A stretch of DNA of 64,000 bases, taken from positions 1-64,000 of the forward strand of contig OZ251225.1 in NCBI GenBank assembly GCA_965240325.2, read 5' to 3'. A program made the translations under genes and the position numbers. The notes beneath the pieces were generated by a model that was given only the letters and a program-made list of their open reading frames with translations, was not told the DNA's origin and searched no databases. Shown piece after piece: positions 29,801-37,030 of the stretch. How positions within the stretch are numbered: position 1 is the stretch's first letter; every line of letters starts with the position of its first letter. This DNA comes from Rebecca billardiae RCC1528 (taxonomy: Eukaryota > Protista > Haptophyta).

Positions 29801-32071
29801 GCGCGGCTCGTGTATGCCGAGGCGGTGCGCGTGCGCGCGGCCGCGCTCGGCGCACCCGAGCCGGCGCCCGGGCAAGGGGCGCGGGCGCGCGGGCGCGCCG
29901 GCGGCGCCGCGCCGCGTCGCGAGCTCAGCTGGTGGGACCGGCGGGGCCGCGCGGCCGCGCCCGCGGGCGGTGCGCACGAGCGCGTCCGCCCGTCACGCCG
30001 CCAGCAGCCCTCGCCCGTCGCCATCGCCGTGTCTGCCGACTCGCCGCCCGACCCGCCCGCGCGGTGCGCTCGGCGCGCGCCCGCGCCCGCGGCCGCGCCG
30101 GCGGGCGCGCGCGACGCGGGCGGCAGCGGCTCCAGCTCCGATGGCTCCGATCGGAGCTGCTCCGCAGCGGTGGCGCTCGCGCGCGCCGGCGCGGCGCCCG
30201 AAGGCGTGCGCTCGCGCGTCTCCGCCGACGAGCTGCCAGACCCCGCCGCGGACGCGGACGCGGCCGCGGCGCCGGCGAGTGCGCTCGGCTCGGTGCCGAG
30301 CGCGCTCACGGAGCGTGCGCTGCGCGAGCACGCGGCGCGCATGCTCGAGCACACGACGCGCGCCGCGCGCCGCGGCTCTGCGCTCGCGCCGCGGGCACCG
30401 GCGGCGGGCGCGCCCCTGCCGCATGCCGAGCGCGCGCCCGCCTCTCTCGAGCACTGCCCTCACTCGGCGCCGCTGCCGAGGCTGGGCGCGGCGGGGCGGC
30501 CGCTGCTGCTCCCGCCCATGCCGCCGCACTCGCCTGGGCCGCCCGGGCCGCATTCGCCGCTCGCGATCACCAGCGCGACGCCCACGCCGCGCGCGCCCGC
30601 GTTCGCAGCGCGCGAGTGCCGCGGCGCTCAGCACGCGCGCGCGCACGCGGGTGCCGCCGCCGGCTCGCCGTGCGCCTCGCGTCCGTCCGGCAGCAGCGCG
30701 CGCCCCAGCAGCCTGTGCGCGCGCTGCCCGAGCAGGAGCGGCTCGAGCGTCACGCTCGCGTGGGCGTCGCCGAGCCAATCGAGCCGCGCCTCGCCCGCGC
30801 AGCTCGCGCAGCTCGCGCCGCCGCAGCAGCTGCAGCAGTGGCGGGGTGGCACGCCCGACGCCTCCTCGGCGCACGGCTCGCCGACCGCGCTGTCGCCGCG
30901 CACGCCGCCCACCTCGCCGCCCACCTCGCCGCCCACCTCGCCGCCCACCTCGCCGCCCCCGCCGCCCGCGCCGCCCGCGCCGCCGCAAGCGGCTCCGGGG
31001 GCGGCGCGGCCAGCGGCGGCGGGCGGCGAGTTGCGGCGCTCGTCGTGCGCAAGCGACGGCGGGCGTCAGCAGCTGGTCCTGCCCTCGCCCCCTGGCCGCT
31101 CGCAGCTCGAGGCGCAGCGCCGCGGCTCGAGCGGCTCGGTCGGCTCTGCCGAGTCGGCGGCGCGCGTGCGCCCCATCTGCGCACGGCTCGCGCAGCAGTA
31201 CCTGCCCTCGGCGAGCTCGCGCTTCGAGGCGCCGACCGAGGCGGAGCGGCTGCGCGCGGCCGGCCTCTCGCCCGCGCCGCCCGCGCTGCGCGCCGCGCGT
31301 CTCTCCTCGCTGAGCGCGGAGCTGGGCACGCAGCTCACGCGCGGCACGGACGAGGTCGCCATCTCGGTGGCGGAGGCGTCCGAGCTGACGCACTCGAGCC
31401 TGGCGAGCCTCTCCGTCCTCGCCGCGCCGCACACGTACGGCCTCGACTCCGCGTCCGCCTCGCTGCTGCGCTACCGCTTCGTGCTCGCAGACCCGACGCT
31501 CACCGGCTGTGTGCACCCGGCCGCCGCGCGCCGCTTCCTCGAGGAGCTCGGCTTTGGCAAGCGGCTCGCGGCGCGCGCGGTCGCAAGGCTTGCGGCCGAC
31601 GAGACGGAGGCGGGCGCGGGCGGCGCCGTCTCGTTCCGCGCGTTGTGCGGCTGGTACGCGGCGCGCGTGGACGCGGAGGCGCGCGCGAGCGCGCGGCGCG
31701 CGGCACGCGCGCAGGCGTGGGCGCCGCGCCTCGCGCGGCTCGCGTGCCACGCGTCGTGTGGCGCGCGCGTGCGCACGGCTCTCGGCTGGCTCATCTCGGT
31801 GGTGACGGTGTGCGCGTGCTGCCTCTCCGCACTCGCGTACGGCTACCGCTTCGGCCGCGCCAAGACGCGGCGCATGATGCTCAGCTGGGGCCTCGCCGAG
31901 GCGCAGCGGCTCGCGCTCGTCGAGCCGCTGCTCACGCTCACGCGCCTCGGCGCTGAGTCCGCTGCGCGGCGCACGATGCACTTCAGCGCGTCCGTGGGCG
32001 ACTCGATCAACCACATGCTAGCGTCGGGCACCGGCCGGGCCCTGCAGTGGGTGGCGAATCGCCTGGCCTAG
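17810..32071 (+). CDS. Giant polycystin-1-like adhesin (about 4753 aa): FG-GAP/integrin-alpha propeller, extensin-like Pro stalk, REJ, GAIN/GPS, about 5 TM, IQ and EF-hand-like motifs
   Basis: One uninterrupted ORF with a signal peptide and repeated FG..GDxDGDG..D..VGAP motifs. REJ-like motifs LDASASANPN and NRPPHGGALAVSP. GPS: CRWWD..W..GC..CACDHLTEFA. IQRYVRG motif and a PKD-type W..EPL last TM. Confidence 0.88.
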   Translation: MRELAPHGPRRMRALPLRALLLLALGRTSSTFVRVTREHKISALHGGLSPAAIGAGDALGDSGLAMVGDVDGDGVPDAVAGLPGASAADGAALVLFLRANGTVHAEHRLESAQGGLHTFAAGGEFGAGVAGIGDRNSDSVPDVVIGAPSAGSGGAVYVCYLTASGAVGSSFEISQGSGGFTGSIASGDDFGRGLADIGDVDGDGRSDLLVGAPTDRGGAAWVLFTNDDVTVRSHTRIAKGSGGLSFNLGPNDKFGWSAAPLGDLDGDGTPDALVSAPGDNPGAVFVLFLNPDGTVKAEQQIAEGVGGLGADLGSWDYFGRGLATLGDLGLDGALDVAVSAPKDDDLAAETGSFYVLALSTSGTVLDERKFSNSAGGLSLQLGAEVLMGSALAARAPSADGTVLLLAGAPGDADGGVDAGALYAYELGPLFPEPPPSPPPAPPPSSPPPSPPPSPPPNPPLVTQPPSPPPSPPPSPPSRPPPSPPPSPPPPSPPPPSPPPSPPPAPPPSPPPAPPPPSPPPSPPPPQSPPPSPPPSPPPAPPPPSAPPSPPPSPPPASPPPSPPPSPPPSPPPAPPTPSPPPSPPPSPPPVPPPPSPPPSPPPSPPPPPPPPRPPPSPPPSPPPAPPPPSLPPSPPPSPPDAPPPPSPPPSPPPSPPPAPPPPSPPPSPPPSPPPAPPPPSPPPSPPPSPPPAPPPPSPPPSPPPSPPPAPPPPRPPPSPPPSPPPAPPPPSPPPSPPPSPPPAPPPPSPPPSPPPSPPPAPPPPRPPPSPPPSPQPAPPPPRPPPSPPPSPPPALPPPSPPPSPPPSPPPAPPPPRPPPSPPPSPPPAPPPPSPPPRPPPSPPPAPPPPSPPPSPPPSPPPVPPPPSPPPSPPPSPPPPPPPPRPPPSTPPSPPPAPPPPSLPPSPPPSPPPAPPPPRPPPSPPPSPPPAPPPPSPPPRPPPSPPPAPPPPSPPPSPPPSPPPVPPPPSPPPSPPPSPPPPPPPPRPPPSPPPSPPPAPPPPSLPPSPPPSPPPAPPPPSPPPSPPPSPPPAPPPPSPPPSPPPSPPPPPPPPRPPPSTPPSPPPAPPPPSLPPSPPPSPPPAPPPPSPPPSPPPSPPPAPPPPSPPPRPPPSPPPAPPPPSPPPSPPPSPPPVPPPPSPPPSPPPSPPPPPPPPRPPPSPPPSPPPAPPPPSLPPSPPPSPPPAPPPPSPPPSPPPSPPPAPPPPSPPPSPPPSPPPAPPPPSPPPSPPPSPPPAPPPPSPPRSPPPSPPPAPPPPSPPPSPPPSPPPAPPPPSPPPSPPPSPPPASPPPSPPPRLPPSPPPSPPPAPPPPSPPPSPPPSPPPVPPPPSPPPSPPPSPPPAPPPPSPPPSPPPSPPPAPPPPSPPPSPPPSPPPAPPPPRPPPSPPPSPPPAPPPPSPPPPAPPPPSPPPSPPPSPPPVPPPPSPPPSPPPSPPPPPPPPRPPPSTPPSPPPAPPPPSLPPSPPPSPPPAPPPPRPPPSPPPSPPPAPPPPSPPPRPPPSPPPAPPPPSPPPSPPPSPPPVPPPPSPPPSPPPSPPPALPPPSPPPSPPPSPPPAPPPPRLPPSPPPSPPPSPPPPSPPPSRSPSPPPPPSAPPPTGELCGGSGKGKGSGACSPPPPSPSPPPPAPPSPPPSPPPSPPPSPLPSPPPPGPPPLPQPSSPPSPSPSQPPSSPPNPPPSPPPAPPQPSPPPSPPPSPPPAPPSPPPSPPPSPPPAPPPPSPPPSPSPSPPPSLPPPSPPPSPPPNPPPPPPSPPPPSPPPPPPPSPPPPNPPPPPPPSPPPPSPPPPPPPSPPPSSLPSPRPLPPPPPSPPPPVPPPSPPPSVPPSPPPSPPPVPPPSPPPSPPPGPPPPAPPPSPPPSVPQSPPPSLPPVPPPSPPPSPPPSPPPPAPAPSPPPSVPPSPPPSPPPMPPPSPPPSPPGPPPPSPPPAPPPPNPPPSPPPSPPPAPPPPSLPPSPPPSPPPASPPPSPPPSPPPSPPPAPPPPSPPPSPPPSPPPAPPPPSPPPSPPPSPPPAPPPPSPPPSPPPSPPPAPPPPSPPPSPPPSPPPAPPPPSPPPSPPPSPPPVPPPPSPPPSPPPSPPPPPPPPRPPPSPPPSPPPAPPPPRPPPSPPPSPPPAPPPPRPPPSPPPSPPPALPPPSPPPSPPPSPPPAPPPPSPPPSPPPSPPPAPPPPSPPPSPPPSPPPAPPPPSPPPSPPPSPPPAPPPPSPPPSPPPSPPPAPPPPNPPPSPPPSPPPAPPPPSLPPSPPPSPPPASPPPSPPPSPPPSPPPAPPPPSPPPSPPPSPPPAPPPPSPPPSPPPSPPPAPPPPSPPPSPPPSPPPAPPPLSPPPSPPPSPPPAPPPPRLPPSPPPSPPPAPPPPSPPPSPPPSPPPAPPPPSPPPSPPPSPPPVPPPPSLPPSPPPSPPPAPPPLRPPPSPPPSPPPAPPPPSLPPSPPPSPPPAPPPPSPPPSPPPSPPPAPPPPNLPPSPPPSPPPAPPPPSPPPSPPPSPPPAPPPPNPPPSPPPSPPPVPPPRNPPPSPPPSLPPAPPPPSPPPSPPPSPPPAPPPPSPPPSPPPSPPPAPPPPSPPPSPPPSLLLAPPSPSPPSSPPPSGESAPPPSAPPPLQPPLPPPSPPPGPPPPPPSAPPPPPPLAAPALLSAAFDSSATSLVLRFDAPTDRGGLNAGLARCAPLLDDETLGLVAGDSAAADAADGGEGERQCYWRDDRSLVVNLRAASRVRPGDRVGVRAGVIAHVACAARARAAPCAAHAYAAAASVVISADAPCGVSSACAAPIASVSGARVLPTCAGASLRLVGGVGGGGGVLPLSFEWRVAPLAADPPTAATVAALSALLEALPPTQAVLELGPSALGAEGDFVFSLVLTSALGIASAPATHAVARAPPDGPSVEVDGRSSGVLARAGSAVRLSANVELSPCWPSTLSAQVRFGWAVLNVTRDDSDGAGGSAAPSAAAPHVPDLSDAAGATLRLPPWSLSAGHAYTLRVLATMAAAPELSASADVSLRVPYMPLRAALTPSAARVGGPDAVRLDASASANPNEAAGGGLAFAWAVARAADGAPVELDLPNATSPTLLLPPGALPPGAAYLVRVLVSAPGAPALAPAAAEAIVEVAAAPAPLPALRLVPLAARKAAPTWQRSSGRLVLRATIDAGADAELADGAEAEAAHDFAWRAWLVGAGGARAPAPIDLADSVGVTTTGAVQPALAFRSGALSAGATYAFEVRATRRADGAAGGAAFAELVVVVNRPPHGGALAVSPAHGVAALTLFALRAISWTDDDADDLPLSYAFSHAAADEGAAAALGAAQRSEHALALLPAGNRTLYVRVADALGASARAATSVRVYSLRADAAAAADAAVPGSGGAVADAAVSAAVARAQLALAAGDTTRSLQLAGAIAAELGGPVPANASLDAEVATSISLLELTAGAAGAGALDEEASRAHTAAALRAVLSAAPTEALAAGEVQLSALAQAAAIGAAAAETGVGAAEGAALFDAMDAALSAPADALTRAQAAAVGAAAATAAHSLARSLLVGALPGEQAVTAVGAALNVSAARLAPSALLNASLAAAGGAGALRVPPSALAGVDASALGGSGVDVLLWSVGRAGLRAPAADAALNGSAATPTATSVFSVTLASAASGSALAISGLAEPLLLGIPPLPPAAAGAPNGSVAAAGAVTECRWWDVARGAWVADGCTTLPADGSPLLWCACDHLTEFAGVALDVPDSAADALDDAKAFRLEPLGADDVAGALLAPAAERDPTLHALVGSLAAACLASVCALGCRDRQAARRKAAQVVVDEGAEEEQPAGQRVFRRALSMHGARAPGAAASAGGDAAISPALLAALAEQHAACEIQRYVRGLLARRAAVDEAESHAASSLPGGGGGGGGKRSRLAALWAPARRLSGADALGLARALAARAGSEHTLLGALLGRREPLLLPSELAILFWAAAALGLVLSCALYDDAPEGAPVVLIHELLAAATTALLSAPLLFVVKALFVRRPRQGAAQRVLSRAERARLVYAEAVRVRAAALGAPEPAPGQGARARGRAGGAAPRRELSWWDRRGRAAAPAGGAHERVRPSRRQQPSPVAIAVSADSPPDPPARCARRAPAPAAAPAGARDAGGSGSSSDGSDRSCSAAVALARAGAAPEGVRSRVSADELPDPAADADAAAAPASALGSVPSALTERALREHAARMLEHTTRAARRGSALAPRAPAAGAPLPHAERAPASLEHCPHSAPLPRLGAAGRPLLLPPMPPHSPGPPGPHSPLAITSATPTPRAPAFAARECRGAQHARAHAGAAAGSPCASRPSGSSARPSSLCARCPSRSGSSVTLAWASPSQSSRASPAQLAQLAPPQQLQQWRGGTPDASSAHGSPTALSPRTPPTSPPTSPPTSPPTSPPPPPAPPAPPQAAPGAARPAAAGGELRRSSCASDGGRQQLVLPSPPGRSQLEAQRRGSSGSVGSAESAARVRPICARLAQQYLPSASSRFEAPTEAERLRAAGLSPAPPALRAARLSSLSAELGTQLTRGTDEVAISVAEASELTHSSLASLSVLAAPHTYGLDSASASLLRYRFVLADPTLTGCVHPAAARRFLEELGFGKRLAARAVARLAADETEAGAGGAVSFRALCGWYAARVDAEARASARRAARAQAWAPRLARLACHASCGARVRTALGWLISVVTVCACCLSALAYGYRFGRAKTRRMMLSWGLAEAQRLALVEPLLTLTRLGAESAARRTMHFSASVGDSINHMLASGTGRALQWVANRLA
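19107..25683 (+). repeat. Coding Ser/Ala-Pro(3-4) repeat (about 2190 codons)
   Basis: Basic unit SPPPSPPPSPPPAPPPP (51 bp) with higher-order block duplications, interrupted once by GELCGGSGKGKGSGAC near 22600. Confidence 0.95.
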
Positions 32072-32988
32072 GCCCTAGTAGCTAGGGCGCCGCGGACAGC
32101 TTGAGCTGGCGGCCGGATATGCTGCTCCGGGCCCGTTTCAGACGCGACTCTGTCGGATGGTGAAGGACCCGACCAGCCCGTCGAGGGCCGCTGGGGCTGA
32201 AGCCGCGGCTGAGCGGCTGAGTGACGGTCGAGCAGATGCACACCGACCAGCAGGTCGTGGAGATAGCGCGCTACTCAGCTTCGCGCCGACCACGCGGCAG
32301 GTCTGCATCGGTGCCGGCGCTTGGCTCCTCCTGCGTAGCGGCGCGCCCTTCTCGACGCTCTCCAGCATGCCCTGGAAATAAGCGGTGACCGTGATGGTGT
32401 CGGCGGCGGCTCAGGCGCCACGCGAATTGAGGCGAGCGAGCGTCGATGACGGACACGCTCGTCGACCGCATCACTAATCGTGGACGAGAGGGTTCGCGCG
32501 GGCAATAAGACCTGCCCGGCCCGCGGCCGGGCTAATGCCGGGGGTCGAGGGCGGGTGCCCCAACACCGCACCAGCGCGCCGGCGAGCGCCAGCGGGCCGA
32601 CTGCGAACGCTCAGGAGCCAGCAGTGGCACCGTCCTGAGCGAGGAACCATCGTCAATAAAATCCTTCGTCCACAATATAGTAGGGGTCAGTCGACCTGGC
32701 GTCGACGCACCCCGCCGCACTCACTGACCCCGCCGGGGCGCGCGCGCGCCGGCGCGCGCGCGGGCGGGCGAGTTGGCCGCGAGCTCCGCACCCTCCTCAG
32801 AGGTGTACATGGCCCCTTCGCGGTAGGACCCATGGCCAGTACCTGACACCTTAAGTTCGCTCGCCGAGCCGCACTACCTCGCCCTAAGAGCGGGGCGGAA
32901 TGAACCCGAATAAAATCATTCCGCCAGCGCACAATACTCAATAATATAATATATATATATAATATAGGGGTAGTTAAGACGTTTAATA

Positions 32989-33709
32989 TATTGGGTAAAC
33001 GCGAGCTCCGAGCGTCTCGAGCCCTGCTAAAAGCTCACCGGCACGTCCTCGGGCGCGTCGTCGGTGACGCCCACGAAGGCAATCTCGACCCTCGCTCCTC
33101 TGACGAGCGAGGCTAATCCTCCTGCCGCAACCAACTTTCGGTTGCGCAGGGTGACACGGCGTTTTGCGGCCCGGCTCGGGAATCTTGTAACCTTCCTGAG
33201 CCCCGCTTCCGTGCGTCCGCCAATCGCAGGCGTTACCGACGCACCGCCGTAAGCTCATCTTTCCCCCAGGTACTCGGTAATGTCATCGGACCTGGGTAAG
33301 CTGCGCACGGACCCATGATCCCGGATTCTCGATTCTCAAAACTGAGAATCCGGGCGTCCATGAATGAAGTGATCGAGTCCGTTGTTCCTTGGACTCTTCC
33401 ACGATGGCGCCCGCCTGTGCCGCCGGCGTGCCATCCGTGCCGCGTGCGCCGGGCCGTACCGCCCGCGCACGCGCCGCGTCCGTGTCGCTCCGCGTCCGCG
33501 CTGCCGCGTCCGCGCTCCGCGTCCACGTCGCTCCGCGCCAGCGCTGCTGCGCTCGCGCTCCTGCCGCCGCGCGCGCCGCGCGCGCGCGCCGCCAGAGCCA
33601 GCCACTGCGTAGCTGATGCCGCCGGCCCGCCTGGTGCGGCGCCGGCCCTGACGTCCCAGCGGCGACGCCATCTGCTGAGATGCGCGCCCCAGGCTGCGTC
33701 AGCTCAACA
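32989..33709 (-). repeat. 3' LTR (TGTTG...CAATA)
   Basis: Direct repeat of 39639-40359, preceded on the minus strand by the PPT. Confidence 0.96.
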
Positions 33710-33745
33710 CCCCCCCTCGACAGCCATAGCCGCGAGCTGCGCCGC

Positions 33746-36700
33746 TTACCGCGCGCGCGTCGGGTGTCGGTCCACCATGATGGCGTCGACGTGCCGCTTG
33801 AACGTCGCACCGTCCGTCGCCTTCGTCATGATGTCAGAGTGGTTGAGCGAGGTGTGTACCTTGACCACCTTCACCTTGCCACCCTCCTGCGCGTCACGCA
33901 CATAGTGATGCTTGATCTCGATGTGCTTCGAGCGCTTGTGGTGCACAGGATTCTCCACGAGGTCGATAGCCCCCTTGTTGTCCTCTCGCACCTCCGTCGC
34001 GGCCCGCGGCGGCTGCCGCATGGACTCGAGTATGCTCCGCAAGTAGCTCACCTCGCGGCAGCAATCGCTCAGCGCGACGTACTCCGCCTCCGTCGAGCTC
34101 AGCGAGACTGTACCTTGCAGCCCGCTGTGCCACGACACCGGCGCCCCATTGTAGAACACAATGTATCCACCCGTCGACCTGCCCTTGGTCTCCACCGGAT
34201 TGCTTGCCCAATCGGAGTCAGCGAAAGCAAGTAGGTCGGGGTGCTCGGAATCTGTCGCAAACTTGAACAAGATTCCCAATCGCGGGCATCCACGTAAGTA
34301 GCGCAGCACGCGCTTCGCACTTACCAGATCCACCGCCCGCGGACATGACATGCGTCGCGTCAGCATGTTCACCGCGTGCGCGATGTCCGGCCGCGCCGTG
34401 ACCATCGCAAACATGAGACATCCCACCATCGCCTGGTAGTTCTCAATCTCCGCGCGCTGCAGCAACGCCTCATCGTCGTCGCTCAGCTGCGTCCGCGCCG
34501 CCGGCTCCGGCGTGCGCGCCGGCGTGCTCGCGTTCAAACCGAACCGCTGAAGCACGCTCTCGACGTACGGCCCCAGATGCATCAGGATGCCGTCGTCATG
34601 AACTTCAAACACGGCGCCCAGGAACTTATCGAGCCGCTCACTCAGCTTGATCTCGTAATGCTCCTTCAGGTCAGCCGCCAGCTTCTCCACCGCGCGCGCG
34701 TCGCGCGTCAGGTTGAGAAACAGCAAGTCGTCGACAAAGCCGCCCGCGATGATGAACTCGCCCGGCGCCGACTCCTTGACGTAGATGCACGGCGCACTCG
34801 GACACTCCGAGAAGCCGCGCGCGAGCAGCTGGGTGCGGTGCGTGCGATGCCACGCGCGCCCAGACTGGCGTAGGCCCGGATACGCCTTCAGGCTCCGGCC
34901 CACGACTTTGTGCCCCGGCGGCGCCTGCGTGCTCGGCACGTAGCCCGGCGGGAATGAGAAGAGAGGCCGCTCATCCGGCTTCAACTCCGAGTTGAGGTAC
35001 GCGTCCTTGACGTCGCCCTTCGACAGTATGCCCAGCGCCGCAACCGACGCTGCACCCAAGTCGACTCTCGCGCCCGCCTGCTGAGCGGCGATCGCCACGA
35101 GTAGTCGCACTTGTTCCGGCCGGATCGTCGGAGCAAAGACCTCCTGAAAGTCGATCCCCGGCCGCTGTAGGTTCCCCAGTAGCACCGACCGCGCCTTGAA
35201 GCGCGTCACCTCGCCCTCCGGGTTCGACTTCACGTCAAAGACCCACTGGCTCGGCAACACCCGCGTGCCCTCCGGAACCACCACCTCCTCCGAGGTGCCG
35301 AGCAACTTGTGACCTTCCAAGTGCTCGAGCATGGCGCCCTGCCACTGGGGCGCCTCCGCCGACCGCATCGCCTCGCGATAGTTCGTCGGCACCTTCACGT
35401 TGATCTTCTGGAACACCGACGCGGCGCTGACGACGGCAGTAAGCAGCTGCGGCCGTCGGCGCGACGTCCGATCCCTGCGAAGCGGATCGTGTCCCATATC
35501 CAGGCCGGGCGGCGGCGCGTCCTCGATCACGCCGTCGTCACCGTCTGCGCCGCGCGGCGGCCCGCCAGCATCTGCTGCGGCCCCGCGCCGTGATTCCGTC
35601 GGCGGTATCTGATCCTGCCGACCCGGCTGCGTCATCGACGCGCCTGCCCCGCCACGCCCGCCCTGCGGCGTCGGCGTCGACGGCTGTGCGCCCGCGCTGC
35701 TGCACCCGCGTTGTCCCGCGTCCACGCTGCTGCGCCCGCGCCCCGACGTTGACGCATCTGCGTCGTCGTCGTACCCGACGTCGAACTCTGTCGCGTCGTC
35801 ATTCCCGGCGTCGGCTGGCGTCTCGCCGCCATCGCCGTCCTCGTCCTCACCGTCGGCGTCACCGCCGACTGGACGATGTCCGCCGCTTACCGCGGCGCCG
35901 TCACCATCACCCACGTACGCGCCACCGTCAGGTGCGCCCAGCGACGAGTGCCCCCCCTCGACCAGGTCGGTCTCGTCGATGCGTACGTCACGTGAGTGAA
36001 CGAGACGTCCGTCGTCTAAACGACATACGTACCCGAGTACGTAGCGCCATGTACCGCGCCACTGCACGCCGTGCCCACCCCAGAGATAGACACGTCCGGG
36101 TAGTGCGCGCTGCCTCAGCTGCCCCAATGCATTGCGCCGTGCGCCCAGCATCAGCACGCGGCAGCGCGCTCCAAACGCCACGTGATGCTTCCACGTCGGG
36201 CGTTTGCCAAAGAACAGCTCATCCGGCGTGAGCCACTCAATGTCGCCATCGTCACGAATGATACCACGTGACGCCAGTCGATTGCGCGACGCGCATGCGT
36301 GCCACGCCGCGTAGTGCCAATCGACCCTCGAGACTCCACGCGCAACGACCGTGGCGCGCAGTCTCGACTTCAGCGTGCGGATAGCGCGTTCCGCCACGCC
36401 ATTCGAGCTCGGCGAGTCGGGCGCCGACGTGACCGTCGACGAGAACCCAAGCTTCGCCAGCTCACCCTCGACGTACGTACTCAGCAGCGTCGAGCCACCG
36501 TCGGTGTGAATATGGCGTCGCGCCATAGTACACCCCGACGCCAGGACCCAATGCGACATGTGCATGGCCCCTGTACCAAGCAACTGCGCGTACCAGCGGA
36601 ATGCCCGACCAACCTCGGCGTCATCCAAGCTGCGTAGCGCGTACACTTGCCATCGACGTGAATGCCCATCGATGAATATGATCCCATGAGGATACCCTCC

Positions 36701-37030
36701 ACGCGCGCCATCGGCCCCAACTGGTAAGTCGATGCGTGCCATGGAGAAGATGTCGACGTGCGTCACCTGCCCAGGGTAGTGCGCCGTCGGCATTGCGTCC
36801 GCGAACGGCCGCCGCGTCATGCCCGCCGCCGACTGCTCGTCGAGCGACTCACGCCGCGCGTTCGCCCCCTCCATCCCCTCGGCCACGCGTCGCGTGCGCT
36901 CGAGTAGACGTTGGTCATTGGTGCCCGTTCGAACCGACCAAGTGCGCAACCACGCCGGATCAGCGCCTCGCGCCGCCTCCGTAGTGTTTGTGGTTCGCAC
37001 CTGCGCGGGTTCCGGGCTTAGGCGTTTGGG
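33746..37030 (-). CDS. pol: Copia Pol ORF2: integrase, reverse transcriptase, RNase H
   Basis: IN: HVD, HTDGG, NGVAERAIRTL. RT: WVFDVK..FKARSV, DVKDAYL, GLRQSGRAW, FVDDLL. RH: FADSDWA, STEAEY, EDNKGAI, KHIEIKHHYVR, SDIMTK. Lies in the -1 frame relative to ORF1. Confidence 0.93.
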   Translation of the reverse strand, partial: PKRLSPEPAQVRTTNTTEAARGADPAWLRTWSVRTGTNDQRLLERTRRVAEGMEGANARRESLDEQSAAGMTRRPFADAMPTAHYPGQVTHVDIFSMARIDLPVGADGARGGYPHGIIFIDGHSRRWQVYALRSLDDAEVGRAFRWYAQLLGTGAMHMSHWVLASGCTMARRHIHTDGGSTLLSTYVEGELAKLGFSSTVTSAPDSPSSNGVAERAIRTLKSRLRATVVARGVSRVDWHYAAWHACASRNRLASRGIIRDDGDIEWLTPDELFFGKRPTWKHHVAFGARCRVLMLGARRNALGQLRQRALPGRVYLWGGHGVQWRGTWRYVLGYVCRLDDGRLVHSRDVRIDETDLVEGGHSSLGAPDGGAYVGDGDGAAVSGGHRPVGGDADGEDEDGDGGETPADAGNDDATEFDVGYDDDADASTSGRGRSSVDAGQRGCSSAGAQPSTPTPQGGRGGAGASMTQPGRQDQIPPTESRRGAAADAGGPPRGADGDDGVIEDAPPPGLDMGHDPLRRDRTSRRRPQLLTAVVSAASVFQKINVKVPTNYREAMRSAEAPQWQGAMLEHLEGHKLLGTSEEVVVPEGTRVLPSQWVFDVKSNPEGEVTRFKARSVLLGNLQRPGIDFQEVFAPTIRPEQVRLLVAIAAQQAGARVDLGAASVAALGILSKGDVKDAYLNSELKPDERPLFSFPPGYVPSTQAPPGHKVVGRSLKAYPGLRQSGRAWHRTHRTQLLARGFSECPSAPCIYVKESAPGEFIIAGGFVDDLLFLNLTRDARAVEKLAADLKEHYEIKLSERLDKFLGAVFEVHDDGILMHLGPYVESVLQRFGLNASTPARTPEPAARTQLSDDDEALLQRAEIENYQAMVGCLMFAMVTARPDIAHAVNMLTRRMSCPRAVDLVSAKRVLRYLRGCPRLGILFKFATDSEHPDLLAFADSDWASNPVETKGRSTGGYIVFYNGAPVSWHSGLQGTVSLSSTEAEYVALSDCCREVSYLRSILESMRQPPRAATEVREDNKGAIDLVENPVHHKRSKHIEIKHHYVRDAQEGGKVKVVKVHTSLNHSDIMTKATDGATFKRHVDAIMVDRHPTRAR

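Noticed and set aside
37017-37023. CTTAGGC, the Ty1 +1 frameshift heptamer, at the ORF1/ORF2 junction
   Set aside because: It lies on the + strand, antisense to the element, and the required shift is -1.
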